From a virus (lineage: Duplodnaviria; Caudoviricetes): a stretch of 50,847 nucleotides of DNA. Position numbers and translations under genes: made by a program. Under the pieces are notes generated by a model that saw only the letters and a program-made list of their open reading frames with translations, did not search any database and was not told the origin of the DNA. Below are positions 34,539 through 44,665 of the stretch, in pieces (the first letter of the stretch is position 1; every line of letters begins with the position of its first letter). The stretch is from IMG/VR virus record IMGVR_UViG_3300035678_000003, positions 1 to 50,847 of that record. One strand, written 5' to 3'.

Positions 34539-35048
34539 ATGACCGAGAAGAAGGTAGCCTGGTCGCAGATCACACTTGCGACGGGCCGAGTGCACCAGGC
34601 GTCCAAGGAGCCGTATGTGGTCTCCTACAAAAAGGGCGACCTGGTCGACCGCGACGAGCACGATTCGGACGCGTGGCGTGAGAAGTTCGACCGGCTGGTC
34701 GAGGCGAAGGCGCTCGTGGACGTGGACGAGGCCGTGGACCGCTCGCAGTACCAGAGCGCGTTCGACGTCCCGCTCACGGGTGGTCCGGGCGAGAGCGAAG
34801 TCCGGTTGGTCGTGGACGAGGAGAACGACGATCTCGGAGACGACGACGAGGAGGACGGCGAAGAGCCGACCGACTCCGTCACGCCGGACTCGGTACCGGA
34901 CGACCAGCCCACCGACGAGCCCGCTCGACCGAGCGTCAACGCGTCGGGTGCCGTGTGGCACCAGTACGCCGAGACCGTCGGTGTCGAGGTCGCGCCGGAC
35001 GCCAAGCGCGCCGACGTGATTCAGGCTGTCGAAGCGGCGGGGAAGTAA
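34539..35048 (+). CDS. acidic protein with C-terminal small helical (HeH/Rho-N-like) domain
   Basis: PSVNASGAVWHQYAETVGV...KRADVI. Confidence 0.7.
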   Translation: MTEKKVAWSQITLATGRVHQASKEPYVVSYKKGDLVDRDEHDSDAWREKFDRLVEAKALVDVDEAVDRSQYQSAFDVPLTGGPGESEVRLVVDEENDDLGDDDEEDGEEPTDSVTPDSVPDDQPTDEPARPSVNASGAVWHQYAETVGVEVAPDAKRADVIQAVEAAGK

Positions 35049-35054
35049 CGCACC

Positions 35055-35540
35055 ATGAGCCAGTACGTGACTGAAGAAGAGGTTCGGCTAGTCCTCAGTC
35101 GCAACAAAGATGACGTCGCCGGAAACGCGGCAAGCCTGGACGACGCGAACATGCGAGACCAGATCGAGGAGGCCCAGACCCGGGTCGACTCGAAGCTGGC
35201 GACCGTATACAAGACGCCGTTCGAGCCTGTCCCGACCATGATCCGAAACATCACTCGGGACATCGCCGCGTATCTGGCCGACCTCACCTTCCGGGAATTT
35301 CGGGACTACGGTTCCGAGCTGAACCCGGTCTACCTGCGGTACAAAGACGCGATCAAGCAGCTGGACGAGATCGCGGCCGGAAAAATCGTGATTCCCGGCA
35401 ATCCCCCGCCGGACGACGGCGCGCAGGCCGGATCCAACGAAGTGGTCGCCGTGTTCGGCGGCGAACTGGAGTTGGACTACGACCCGTACCGCAACCGCAA
35501 GGACTACGAGCGGCCCGTGTTCTTCGGCCGCTATGAGTAA
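35055..35540 (+). CDS. head-tail adaptor (Mu gp36-like)
   Basis: Y.T...V...VDSKL...Y.TP....DIAAY...RYKDAIK.L..IA.G. Confidence 0.8.
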   Translation: MSQYVTEEEVRLVLSRNKDDVAGNAASLDDANMRDQIEEAQTRVDSKLATVYKTPFEPVPTMIRNITRDIAAYLADLTFREFRDYGSELNPVYLRYKDAIKQLDEIAAGKIVIPGNPPPDDGAQAGSNEVVAVFGGELELDYDPYRNRKDYERPVFFGRYE

Positions 35541-35976
35541 GAACTTCGCCGACGAGGGCGTGCCGGAGATCCTCGACATGGTCGGGGATGGCAAGCTGTC
35601 CGGTACCCTCACGATCGACCAGGTCTACGCGAAGTACCAGCACGAGCGCCTGGACCTGCACCACCCGCGCGGCGGCAAGGCGCGGTACCTGGCGGACCCG
35701 TTCGTCGAGAACTACCGCCTATACCTGCAGCGAATCGCGGACCACGTGCTGGAGCCAGACGGGATGGTCGACGCGATGGCGGACGTGCTAGACAGCCTCT
35801 CGTCAGCATCCGCGCGCGAGACCCCCGTCGAGTTCTACAACCTGGCCCGCAGTCACGGGGTGGTGGTCCGGGATCGTGGAGCGATTGCCCGCCAGCGTCG
35901 GCCCGCTCAGGGGCGGCTGAGCAAGGACGAACTCCGTGAACAACGGAAGGGCAGGCGCAGCCGTGGCAATCGATGA
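35533..35976 (+). CDS. neck/tail-completion protein
   Basis: YA.YQHE.LDLHHP.GG.ARYL motif; position. Confidence 0.7.
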   Translation: MSKNFADEGVPEILDMVGDGKLSGTLTIDQVYAKYQHERLDLHHPRGGKARYLADPFVENYRLYLQRIADHVLEPDGMVDAMADVLDSLSSASARETPVEFYNLARSHGVVVRDRGAIARQRRPAQGRLSKDELREQRKGRRSRGNR

Positions 35977-36373
35977 CACTCTGCTGGCGAAGTGGCTATC
36001 GGACACGGCAACCGAGGCCGGATTCCTGAAGAAGGTCCCGTTCGAGGTCGGCCCGGACATTTCCGAATACGCCAACGCCGACACGGCCGGATGCGTTACT
36101 CCCGTCGGCGGATTCGGCTTGGCGAATGAGGGAATCTTCGATCAGCCGCAGTTCCAGGTGCGTATCCGGGCCCGCGAGCACCAGCTGCAGGCGCTCAAAC
36201 AGACGATGGACTACATCGACCGGAAGCTGATTCTGGAAGTGTCCCATATGGCGCTATGGGACACTTGGGTAGTGGTAGCTGGACGCAGTGGGTCCGGACC
36301 CGTCCCGCTGCAGGAAGACACCAGGGAGAGGCGCTCCTACGTGTGCACCTACTTCGCACAAGTCGAACTGTAG
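35963..36373 (+). CDS. tail terminator
   Basis: QPQFQVRIR, P.PL.ED..ER motifs; precedes major tail. Confidence 0.7.
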   Translation: MAIDDTLLAKWLSDTATEAGFLKKVPFEVGPDISEYANADTAGCVTPVGGFGLANEGIFDQPQFQVRIRAREHQLQALKQTMDYIDRKLILEVSHMALWDTWVVVAGRSGSGPVPLQEDTRERRSYVCTYFAQVEL

Positions 36374-36410
36374 TAAGCTTCACCCGAGAGCGCGACCCGA
36401 GGAGCACGCA

Positions 36411-36770
36411 ATGACCAAGAAGGTTCTTCTTCAGCCCCGATTCCCGATCCACATTTTCGGGGCGCGCGAGGGTGGCTGGCCCGAGATTGGCCCCGGACCC
36501 ACCGAGGTCACTGAGGTCGAAGCGACGGACGCGGCGAAGGCCGCCCACGAGTTGGGGGTGGAGCTCGACGTGATCGCGGTCGACGACGTCCCGCTGGCGG
36601 TCGACACGACCGGCGAGCCCGTGCCGCCGACCCCTGTCGAGCCCAGCCGGAACGCATCCACCGAAGAGTGGCGCGCGTACGCCGAGGCCCTCGGACTGGA
36701 CGTGCCGGACGACGCGAACCGCACCCAGATTCAGCTCGCCATCCAGGCCGACCAGAACAAGGGAGAGTGA
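36411..36770 (+). CDS. hypothetical protein with the same C-terminal helical domain as 34539..35048
   Basis: PSRNASTEEWRAYAEALGL...NRTQI. Confidence 0.7.
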   Translation: MTKKVLLQPRFPIHIFGAREGGWPEIGPGPTEVTEVEATDAAKAAHELGVELDVIAVDDVPLAVDTTGEPVPPTPVEPSRNASTEEWRAYAEALGLDVPDDANRTQIQLAIQADQNKGE

Positions 36771-36773
36771 CCC

Positions 36774-37370
36774 ATGCCCAGCTACATTCCGTCCTACGCT
36801 CGTGACAAGGTCCTGGTCGGGCTTGCCCGGCTGTTCATCGGGCCGTACAACGCGACCTCGCCGCTGCTGGCCCCCGCGAACTCGGTGCCGCTGAACGGCG
36901 CGTGGCCCGTCGGCTGGGTCCCGATCGGCGCGACCGAAGAGGGCGTGACCTTCAACTTCCAGCGGTCCACCGAGGCCGTGCGGATCGAGGAGCAGGCGAC
37001 CCCGGTCTACAAGAACACCAGCGAGATCGACTGGAACATCGAGGCCGTCCTCTCGCAGGACTCGTTGGACACGATGAAGCTCGCCATGGGTGGCGGCACC
37101 ATCGTCGTGACGCCCCCGGGCTCGGGTACGGTTGGCACGCGCAAGCTGACGATCTCGACCGACATGGACCAGCTGTGCTTGGGCATGGAGGGTCAGAACG
37201 AGTTCGGCTTCTGGCGTCGGTTCCGCGTCCCGCTGATCACCTCGGAGGGCAACGTCGGAGCGAAGTTCCGCCGGGCTGCCGACGCTCGCCGGTACGCGTG
37301 CAAGTTCAACGCGCTGTGCGCCCCGGAAGAGGTCGACATCATCGAGATGAACGCGGCGGCTCTTCCGTAA
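36774..37370 (+). CDS. major tail tube protein
   Basis: VLVG.ARLFIGP, W..IGATEEGV motifs. Confidence 0.85.
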   Translation: MPSYIPSYARDKVLVGLARLFIGPYNATSPLLAPANSVPLNGAWPVGWVPIGATEEGVTFNFQRSTEAVRIEEQATPVYKNTSEIDWNIEAVLSQDSLDTMKLAMGGGTIVVTPPGSGTVGTRKLTISTDMDQLCLGMEGQNEFGFWRRFRVPLITSEGNVGAKFRRAADARRYACKFNALCAPEEVDIIEMNAAALP

Positions 37371-37415
37371 GTCGGAGCCGGTACTATTGGAGACCCAACC
37401 GCGAGAGGACACGAG

Positions 37416-37940
37416 ATGGGTTTCAAGGCCGCAGAGTTTGTGGAGCCGCTCGATTTCGACTTCGCTCCGTACGCTGACCTCAAGGGGACAGTGCCGGAGC
37501 CGTCGGATCGAGCGGTCAACAAATTCCTGAAGCGCTGGCAAAAGCTGGTCGCCGAGATCATCCGGCTCAACATGCAAGAGCTGCAGGAGATGCCGACCGG
37601 CGAGGCACTGGCGGCGCTGCCGGAGGAAGAGCGAGCCCGGATCGAGGCCCAGCAGGCCGAGATCGAGAAGGCTCTTCCGACCACGGTGTCCGGCGCGCTG
37701 GAGGCAATGAACGACATGTCGTTCGACGACTCCGGTGTCGAGGGCAAGTCGGCGGGCGAGTTGGTCGCCGACCGGATGTGCGAGATCGTGGACGAGCTGT
37801 CCGGCGGCAAGCCGTCGGCGGCCCAACTGCTGGCCGTCCCCTACCGGCCGCGTTCGCAATTCCTGGGCTGGTTGGTCGGGGAGCTCACGAACCCGGAAAA
37901 AGGGAAAGCCGGATCGAGCACCACCTTGCGAGCCGTGTAG
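37416..37940 (+). CDS. tail assembly chaperone (G)
   Basis: Between major tail and tape measure; G.VPEPS motif. Confidence 0.8.
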   Translation: MGFKAAEFVEPLDFDFAPYADLKGTVPEPSDRAVNKFLKRWQKLVAEIIRLNMQELQEMPTGEALAALPEEERARIEAQQAEIEKALPTTVSGALEAMNDMSFDDSGVEGKSAGELVADRMCEIVDELSGGKPSAAQLLAVPYRPRSQFLGWLVGELTNPEKGKAGSSTTLRAV

Positions 37941-38131
37941 AACGGCGCGACGAGCGTGAGTACTACTGGGTCCGGCGACACCTCGGTTTCAGTGCAAACG
38001 AGTGGGACGCACTGCCGCAATGGCAGTGCGACATGTACTGGGACGGCATCATCTTCGAGTTCGTCGATAAGGACGCCGAGGGCGATTTTGACGACTGGCA
38101 CGACGATCCAAACGTCGTGGTGACGATGTAA
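37895..38131 (+). CDS. -1 frameshift extension of tail assembly chaperone (GT)
   Basis: G GAA AAA slippery site at 37895..37901; open -1 frame YYWVRRHLGFS..EW..LP.W. Confidence 0.75.
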   Translation, partial: GKRESRIEHHLASRVERRDEREYYWVRRHLGFSANEWDALPQWQCDMYWDGIIFEFVDKDAEGDFDDWHDDPNVVVTM

Positions 38132-38142
38132 GGGAGCCGGGA

Positions 38143-41100
38143 ATGGCGTTCAACGCTGGAGCCATCGAAGCGACACTCGATGTCCAGCGGAACCCGTTCA
38201 CCGAAGGTCTCCGCAAGGCGCAGCAGCAGGCCCGGGACTTCGAGAAGAAGGAGTTCCGGGCCAAGCTGTCTGTCGACGCGGATACGAACACCGCCCGGAC
38301 CAACCTGGAGCGCTTCCGCGCGGCCGAGGCGAACAAAGACATCAACATCGGCGTGGACGTCGACACCTCGCAGCTGTCGGCGCTGCGGGGGCAGCTCGCT
38401 GCCGCTGGTGTCCGGATCCCGGTCAACCTCGATAAGGATGGCGTCAGCCAGCAGCTCGGGGAGATCGTCAACAACACCGAGAAGACGGCCGCACGATCTG
38501 GCAACGCGATCGGCCGCGCCCTGCTGAACCCGCTGGTCCTGCAGTTCGGGTTGCTGCCGGGAATCGCGGCCGTTGCCGCCGCCGGGTCCGCCGTCGCGCT
38601 GGGTGCGATCGTGCTGGGGTTCGGCGCGCTGGCTGGCGCGGCGCAAAAAAACAACCCGCTCATCAAGGCGTCCTACTCCAACATGTGGAAGGACATCAAG
38701 AGCGACACCGAGACCATCACGGCCCCGATGGTGCCGTACTTGCTCGGGGTATCAGGCCAGATCAAGCGCGGGTTCGATGACCTGAAGCCGTCGCTGTCTA
38801 CTGTGTTCGCGGTGCTGGGGCCGCAGGTGCAAGACGCGGTCGGCGGTCTGACCGGACTAGCCAAGAACGCGCTGCCCGGCGTGACGATCGCGGCGCTCAA
38901 CTCGAACCACGCGATCGAGGGTCTGGCGAACCTGCTGAAATCGGCTGGTACCGGTATCTCGGGGTTCTTTACCGAGATCTCGTACAAGCAGGCCGATGTC
39001 GGCAAGGGCGCGACCTACATGGGCCAGATCATCGAGAGGGTCCTCACGACCCTCGGTACGCTGCTCGCCCAGTTCTCGACCGCGTTCGCCAGTATCGGTC
39101 CCAACTTCGTGACGACGTTCACGATGCTGCTGAACATCCTGACCCAAGTCACGCAGGGTGGTCTGGGCACGTTTAGCGCGACACTCAACATTTTGCTGCC
39201 GATCTTGAACGCCGTGCTCTCGATCATCCAGCCGATCGCCGCCGGGCTCGGTTCGATGGGTGGTATCCTGCTGGGGGTCATCGCCGGATGGAAGCTGCTT
39301 GGCGGCTCGGTCGGCCTGGTCACGAAGGCGTTCGGGCTGCTGGCTCCCGCTGCTATCGCGTCGCGCTTCGCGTCCCTGACCCCCATGCTGGCAGGGGCAG
39401 CCGACCGGTTCGGCGACCTGACTACGCGGGTGACCGGGTCCGGCAAGGCGGGCGACATCGCCGAACGGTCGATGACCAAGGTCGGCACCGCGATCGGCAA
39501 GGCAGCGTCCGCGCTCCCCATCCTCGGTGCCGCAGTGATCGCCGGACAGGCCGCGCTCGACCACTTCTTCCCGTCCGCCGACGCGCTGGCCGAGAAGCTA
39601 ACCAAGGGTGGGTTCGAGGCACACGAAGCCGCCGCGAAATTCTCGGAGTACGGTGATCAGACCACCATTGCAGGAGCGCTGCAGAGCCAGTTCGGCACCT
39701 CGATGGAGGATACCCTCAACAAGGTTGAGGAGATGCGCGGAAAGATGACCGGGCTAGAGCGCGCGCAGATGGATGCGACGGCCGCCCAGAACGACTTGAC
39801 CTACGCACAGAAGACGTTCGGGGACTACTCGCCGCAGGCCGCTACCGCGCAATCCCTGCTGGCGACGGCAACCGACCGCGTCGAGGAGGCGCAAAAGGCC
39901 GCCGCTGACGCGACCAAGAGCCACACCGATCGGATTATCGAGCAAACGAACCTGATGCTCGGGGAGGTCGGGGCGCGGCTGAACTACCAGGCCGGGTTGC
40001 TCTCCCTGGAAACTGCGCAGAAATCGCTGAACGACGCGACCAAGCAGCACGGCGCGACCTCGCTGGAGGCACGGAACGCGGACGTCGCGTATCAGCAGTC
40101 GCTCGTGCAGGTCGTGACCGCGATCGGCCAGCGCGCGACGGCGGAGGCTGAGGCAAAGGGGATCACGGACACGGCCGCCTACGCGGCGTCCGCGATGAAC
40201 GCCGAGATCCTCCGGCTGGCCGAGGCTGCCGGGAACAACGCGCCGCCCGCCCTGCGGCAGATGGTCGCCGGGTTGAGCGATACCGCACTGAACGCGATCG
40301 GCGCACGACGCGAGGTGGACAACGCGGGCAACGCGATCATCCACCTGCCAGACGGCAAGACCCTAACCTTCCCGAACGACGCGGACTCGGCGCGACTGAA
40401 GGTGCAGGACCTCAAGGCAGCTGTCGACGCCGTCCCGAAGAGCAAGACCACGACCTGGTACGTCAACTACATCAAATCGGTTACCGGGCAGGGACCCGCG
40501 ATCTCCAGCGGCTCGGACGGGCTGCTGCCGGGGTCCGCCATCGGCGGGTACGCGATGGGTGGGCCCGTTAGGGGTCCGGGTGGTCCCCGAGACGACAAGG
40601 TCCTGCGGTGGCTGTCCAATGGCGAGTACGTCATCAACTCGAAGGATACGGCCGCGTTCCCCGGACTGCTGGCCTATATTAACTCCGGCCGGGCCCGCAA
40701 GGACTACGGGATGTCGACTGGTGGGATGGTTCAGGCCGAGGACGGCTCGTGGGTGCCAGACAGCTTCTACAGCGGCGCGCCAGCCGGACCGCACGCGGCC
40801 TACACCGCGTCCGGCTTCGCCAAGCTGCGCGCACAGGCCCAGCAGTACGGCATCAGCTCGCTGCGGGCCGACGACCAGGCGCAGCTACGGACGTACGGTG
40901 GCTGGATCGACCCGCCAGCGGCGTCACAGCTACCGGCGAGTAACAGCTACTCGGAAGCCGTGCTCGACTCGAAGCCCGCGAACTGGCGGCCGTCCGGCAA
41001 CGCGTTCACGTCGGTGAACTCGTGGATGGGCAACACCACGCCGATCTCGCTGACGACCGCGCAGCCGTGGAAGTCACCCGCTCCGCCGACTGGCGCGCAC

Positions 41101-41289
41101 GGCGGTGACCAATCGCTAATGGGCGGCCAAAACCAGCAGATGGGGAACGTCGTCTCGCAGCTCTCGGCCGCGCTGGACCGCATCCTGCAGCGCGCGATGT
41201 CGTCCCTGGACGGCGCTCGCCTGGAGGTCGGCGGAAACGGGCTTGCTAAGATCATCCGGAATGAGACCCGTTTGACGAACCAGCAGTAA
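38143..41289 (+). CDS. tape measure protein
   Basis: 1048 aa, Ala-rich helical, GG.VRGPGGPRDD...LSNGEYV motif. Confidence 0.93.
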   Translation: MAFNAGAIEATLDVQRNPFTEGLRKAQQQARDFEKKEFRAKLSVDADTNTARTNLERFRAAEANKDINIGVDVDTSQLSALRGQLAAAGVRIPVNLDKDGVSQQLGEIVNNTEKTAARSGNAIGRALLNPLVLQFGLLPGIAAVAAAGSAVALGAIVLGFGALAGAAQKNNPLIKASYSNMWKDIKSDTETITAPMVPYLLGVSGQIKRGFDDLKPSLSTVFAVLGPQVQDAVGGLTGLAKNALPGVTIAALNSNHAIEGLANLLKSAGTGISGFFTEISYKQADVGKGATYMGQIIERVLTTLGTLLAQFSTAFASIGPNFVTTFTMLLNILTQVTQGGLGTFSATLNILLPILNAVLSIIQPIAAGLGSMGGILLGVIAGWKLLGGSVGLVTKAFGLLAPAAIASRFASLTPMLAGAADRFGDLTTRVTGSGKAGDIAERSMTKVGTAIGKAASALPILGAAVIAGQAALDHFFPSADALAEKLTKGGFEAHEAAAKFSEYGDQTTIAGALQSQFGTSMEDTLNKVEEMRGKMTGLERAQMDATAAQNDLTYAQKTFGDYSPQAATAQSLLATATDRVEEAQKAAADATKSHTDRIIEQTNLMLGEVGARLNYQAGLLSLETAQKSLNDATKQHGATSLEARNADVAYQQSLVQVVTAIGQRATAEAEAKGITDTAAYAASAMNAEILRLAEAAGNNAPPALRQMVAGLSDTALNAIGARREVDNAGNAIIHLPDGKTLTFPNDADSARLKVQDLKAAVDAVPKSKTTTWYVNYIKSVTGQGPAISSGSDGLLPGSAIGGYAMGGPVRGPGGPRDDKVLRWLSNGEYVINSKDTAAFPGLLAYINSGRARKDYGMSTGGMVQAEDGSWVPDSFYSGAPAGPHAAYTASGFAKLRAQAQQYGISSLRADDQAQLRTYGGWIDPPAASQLPASNSYSEAVLDSKPANWRPSGNAFTSVNSWMGNTTPISLTTAQPWKSPAPPTGAHGGDQSLMGGQNQQMGNVVSQLSAALDRILQRAMSSLDGARLEVGGNGLAKIIRNETRLTNQQ

Positions 41290-41300
41290 GGGCAGGAGCG

Positions 41301-42176
41301 ATGGCGAACCGCAAACGTTTCTACCTGGGTCGGCCCGGACGCGTGGACGCGCTCGATTCCCTCACCCGAGCGTCCAACCCGTCGGCGACCGAGACGATCG
41401 TGGGAGCGGTGAACCGCAGCTTGTCCGGCCGGACCACCCGCGACGTGTTCGCCGTTAAGCGCTCGTGGTCCCTGACCTGGGACCGGATCTTGAACGAGGA
41501 CGCCTACCAGCGGCTGCGCGCCTACCTGCGCGCGAACCCGACGCTCGGGCCGTTCCGCTTCGTCGACCTGCGCAACCGCAACCTCGCCCGCGCGGGCGTT
41601 TCGCTCGGGGGCTCGGACTGGCTGGACAAGCGGGACTTCGAGGTCGTCAACACCGGGGTGAACTCGACGGGCGCGTTCGTCTGGGTAACTGACGTGGCGT
41701 GGAACCCGGAAGTCGCCGACCATATCGACGGGGGCTGCCGCTGGACGATCACCCCGGCTGGTGTACCCGTACTGCGGGACAAGGCGACCGTGGTCGTGTG
41801 GCCGACCAGCGTCTACCGGTTCAGCTTCTACGCCTACGGCACGGGGTCGGTGCAGGTCCGGGTGCGCAACCTCGGGCCGGATGGCGCGGAGCTGTCGACG
41901 ACCAACGGGCCGACCATCGCGCTGAACGGTACGAAGACGCGGTACGAGTACACCTACACCCCGCCCGCCGGGACCGCCGAGGCGCAATTCGGGCTGCAGG
42001 CGGTCCATGCCGGGTCGCTGATCATCAACACCACGGCGTGGTACTACGGAGTAGATGAGCCGTCAATGCAGCCGTGGGTCGTCGGCAACGGGACCCCCGA
42101 GGTGCTTCTCGACTTGACGACGAGCTACCCGTGGCCGGGGCAATACCAGTGCGTGCTGACCGTGCAGGAGGTCTGA
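41301..42176 (+). CDS. distal tail protein with inserted carbohydrate-binding-like domain
   Basis: Follows TMP; beta-rich insert. Confidence 0.7.
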   Translation: MANRKRFYLGRPGRVDALDSLTRASNPSATETIVGAVNRSLSGRTTRDVFAVKRSWSLTWDRILNEDAYQRLRAYLRANPTLGPFRFVDLRNRNLARAGVSLGGSDWLDKRDFEVVNTGVNSTGAFVWVTDVAWNPEVADHIDGGCRWTITPAGVPVLRDKATVVVWPTSVYRFSFYAYGTGSVQVRVRNLGPDGAELSTTNGPTIALNGTKTRYEYTYTPPAGTAEAQFGLQAVHAGSLIINTTAWYYGVDEPSMQPWVVGNGTPEVLLDLTTSYPWPGQYQCVLTVQEV

Positions 42177-44653
42177 TGCAGTACCTGGGCGACACCGCGC
42201 TACAGAAGGCCATCTACGCGGCCGACCGCCGAGTCCGGTTCGAGTTCTGGGTGGACTGGAACAGGAACGGGCTGTACGACCACCCGTACTCGGACCTGTC
42301 CGACCTCTACATCTCGGGCCAGCGGTCCGGCTCGATCAATAGTGACCTCCCCGAGCAGGTGAACGTCATCACCGGGACGGCTGCCAGCGACGTGCGGATC
42401 GTTCTCGGCGGCAAGCGCAAGTACAGCGAGCTGCGCGCGATCGACATCTTCAGCCCGTTCGAGTTCGACTCCCCGATCTACGGCAAGCAGATCGAGGGGA
42501 CGCCGTGCAAGTACATCCGGACCGTCTACTCGTCGGCCGGACCGAAGACCGTGCGGCAGTTCACCGGGAAAATCCGCGAGTACAAGCCCGCTCAGGCGTC
42601 CTCGACCGTGCAGGTCCTGTGCCAGGACAACCTTGACGTGTCCGGCGCTCCCTGCACGCTGCCGCTGTGGGCCGTCGGCACCGCGTCGCCCTACTTCAAC
42701 TTCTTCTGGACCGACCCAGCCGTCGGCCGCCCCGTGTCGACCACCTGGGTCGTCGAGGAAATCTGCCGCCAGGCCGGATACCACACGGGCCCGCTACCGC
42801 GACCGGGCTGCCTGAGCTACCAGACGTGCAACGGCGCGTTCTTTCCGTCGTTCGGCTACGGCAACATGACGCAGGGCACGAACGTCGACAAGTACCCACA
42901 CTTCCTGAGCTACGACCCGACCGTGCCGTTTGCGAAAATCGGCCCGTACGGGATCGCGCCCCAGCGCCAGAATGTCGGGGTGCACAAAGCGTACTTCAAC
43001 ACGAACGATTATGTCTACGTGCCGCAGAACGGCACCGGAAACGGCCCGGTCAACCTCGTGTACAGCCAGTATGTACACTTCCGCACGTCGGCCGGAGCGA
43101 GCTCGAAGAGCACCACCTCTACCTTCTGGCTAGACGACGCACCCGCGATCGACGGAGGTGGGTCCGGGAACTACGGCCGTTGCTCCGTGATCGCCTACGA
43201 GGATGGCGACATCCGGCTAAACTGCACCGAAGGATGGCTCGCCGACGCAGTCACATACAAGACCTGGTACGCCCAATGGCAGCGGACGGCGCTGCAGCTC
43301 CCGGACGGCCCCCACTACATCTCGGCGCTGTTCAAATTCCGCAATAACGACGTGGACTTCGAGCTGTGGATCGACGGGGTGAACGTCGGGGCCCCGAACA
43401 ACGGTGCGGACTCGCTGTCCGGCCTCGGATTCCGGCATGGCACCAACAGCCCCAACCGCGTGAGTAACCCCGTTTCGTTCACCACCTCGATCCCCGTGCA
43501 GCACTGCCAGTGGTCGGTGGGGTTCACGACCGGGTATCCCGCGTTCACCGCCGGGGAGCAGCTGCCGCCGCTCGGTGCGGACGGGTTGGTCAAAGCGATC
43601 GTCGGCGAGTCGGTCAACGAGATGGCCTGGATCCCCGACATCGTCGACGGCGACTGCTGGGAAGTGCTCAAGGACCTGGCCAACGCCGAGTTTGGCGCGA
43701 CCTTCTTTAACGAGTACGGGCAGCTTATCTGGATGTCGCACAAGGAGCTGCGCGAGCTGACGCAATTCGACCAGGACAACGCGATCATCATGTCGGACGA
43801 CCAGCTGAACGACTTCGTAATCAACCCCTCGGTCGACCAGTACCGCAACTCGATCTCGGCGTCCTGGACATTCCGGTACTCGCAGGAAGACATCGTCTGG
43901 CGCAACCAGAACGCGAAGGACTTCATCATCGGGGCCGGGCAGACCTCCCCCGTGGTCGACATGCCCCTGACCGAGGTCATCGCGATCGACGAGTCGGTGT
44001 ACGCGATTAACTACATCGCCCCCGCCGAACAGGACATCCCGATCTACAACACCCAGGTAGCGGCCGTCACATATGCGAACCCGGACGTTGCGGCAAACTC
44101 GGGCTGGGTCATCGGTGTGTTCCCTCGCCGGAACCAGCGCACAGTGGGGCTGATCTGGGGAGCGGGATCGACGGGCCAGGACCTCTACATCGGGGCCTTC
44201 AAGGGCGCAAACCAGCCCGCATTCCTGATCTCGGGCCGCAAATACTCGCAGCCGCAGATCGTGCGCAAGACGACGCAGGACACGGCGTCGATCGCCACCA
44301 ACGGGGGCAGGGTCCGGGGCATCTCGCTGCCGGACAACAAGTGGCGGCAGACCGAAGATGGAATTGACGCTATCTGCGCCGAGCTGCTGTCGGACATGGT
44401 CGTCCCCGCCCCGGCGGTCGAGGATGTCGAGATCGTCGGCGACCCGCGCATCCAATATGTCGACGTGATTGCCCTGACCAACAAGCGCGGGGTCACGGGC
44501 AAGGTGTTCGCGCAGGTGCTGGGACGCGGGTTCGACGACTCGGTGCAAGGCGGCATGAAGGATCGGCTGACGCTGCGGCTGATCAAGACCCCGAACAACT
44601 GGATCCTCGGTGACCCGGATCTCTCGATCCTCGGTGACACGACCGTTCTTTAA
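42176..44653 (+). CDS. minor tail/baseplate hub protein
   Basis: TGATG coupling; VDWNRNG.Y; W.LG....S.LG.TT.L end. Confidence 0.8.
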   Translation: MQYLGDTALQKAIYAADRRVRFEFWVDWNRNGLYDHPYSDLSDLYISGQRSGSINSDLPEQVNVITGTAASDVRIVLGGKRKYSELRAIDIFSPFEFDSPIYGKQIEGTPCKYIRTVYSSAGPKTVRQFTGKIREYKPAQASSTVQVLCQDNLDVSGAPCTLPLWAVGTASPYFNFFWTDPAVGRPVSTTWVVEEICRQAGYHTGPLPRPGCLSYQTCNGAFFPSFGYGNMTQGTNVDKYPHFLSYDPTVPFAKIGPYGIAPQRQNVGVHKAYFNTNDYVYVPQNGTGNGPVNLVYSQYVHFRTSAGASSKSTTSTFWLDDAPAIDGGGSGNYGRCSVIAYEDGDIRLNCTEGWLADAVTYKTWYAQWQRTALQLPDGPHYISALFKFRNNDVDFELWIDGVNVGAPNNGADSLSGLGFRHGTNSPNRVSNPVSFTTSIPVQHCQWSVGFTTGYPAFTAGEQLPPLGADGLVKAIVGESVNEMAWIPDIVDGDCWEVLKDLANAEFGATFFNEYGQLIWMSHKELRELTQFDQDNAIIMSDDQLNDFVINPSVDQYRNSISASWTFRYSQEDIVWRNQNAKDFIIGAGQTSPVVDMPLTEVIAIDESVYAINYIAPAEQDIPIYNTQVAAVTYANPDVAANSGWVIGVFPRRNQRTVGLIWGAGSTGQDLYIGAFKGANQPAFLISGRKYSQPQIVRKTTQDTASIATNGGRVRGISLPDNKWRQTEDGIDAICAELLSDMVVPAPAVEDVEIVGDPRIQYVDVIALTNKRGVTGKVFAQVLGRGFDDSVQGGMKDRLTLRLIKTPNNWILGDPDLSILGDTTVL

Positions 44654-44665
44654 GGAGGTAGTCCC

